DNA of 64,000 nt from Ascidiella aspersa. Taxonomy: Eukaryota. The DNA lies in assembly GCA_963924565.1 (NCBI GenBank), contig OZ004607.1, positions 5,456,001 through 5,520,000 on the forward strand, given 5' to 3'. The first letter of the stretch is position 1. Each line of letters starts with the position of its first letter. The position numbers were made by a program, and so were the translations under genes. The notes under the pieces are model-generated. The model saw only the letters and a list, made by a program, of their open reading frames with translations, made no database searches and had not been told where the DNA came from. Positions 63,828-64,000 of this stretch are shown here, one piece after another.

Positions 63828-63976
63828 GGAGCACACTAGAGGGCAGCACGTACTCTGGTGACGGTGGCGGAGAGGACGACTCGGACTCAGGCAAGAAACC
63901 TCAGCAAAAGAAGAGAGGAATCTTCCCGAAGCAAGCCACAAACATAATGCGAGCCTGGCTCTTCCAAAACCTCACG
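63828..63976 (+). CDS. Meis: Meis exon 8, start of the TALE homeodomain (GSTLEG...[23 protein letters not shown]); gene continues past the window
   Basis: ttttttaaAG acceptor in phase 1; matches [23 protein letters not shown]; ACG|GTATGA donor at the usual Meis intron position before HPYP. Confidence 0.97.
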
Positions 63977-64000
63977 GTATGAACGAGATAAAAAATGGCG

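Noticed and set aside
63828-63976. Assignment to Prep/Pknox or TGIF instead of Meis
   Set aside because: The [15 protein letters not shown] and [11 protein letters not shown] motifs and the exon phases match Meis/hth.

Overview
Eukaryotic, intron-rich DNA, not a prokaryotic locus. An invertebrate chordate such as an ascidian is inferred from the protein and repeat content but not proven. The only recognisable gene is a Meis/homothorax-type TALE homeobox gene on the + strand. Coding exons 2-8 (31621-63976) splice in frame with canonical GT-AG sites and give the MEIS/HM domain plus the start of the homeodomain; the gene continues beyond the window. Two candidate alternative first coding exons exist (25273 MEPT; 31359 MAAATC). 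The first ~25 kb has no recognisable coding exon, and nearly all ORF-track entries are spurious. Non-coding DNA alternates between CpG-rich, enhancer-like blocks and AT-rich blocks filled with short elements. One class is hAT-type MITEs from at least five families, several with intact 8-bp TSDs that all have a central TA, and one nested in another. The other class is fold-back repeats. The most unusual observation is that these fold-back families, plus one solo copy, share a minimal type-I hammerhead-ribozyme-like architecture (YUGAARA-N-stem II-GAAA-CG-UU) with different but base-pairing stem II sequences. One family shows a U3-A8 compensatory core, suggesting Penelope-like-element-derived ribozyme repeats.
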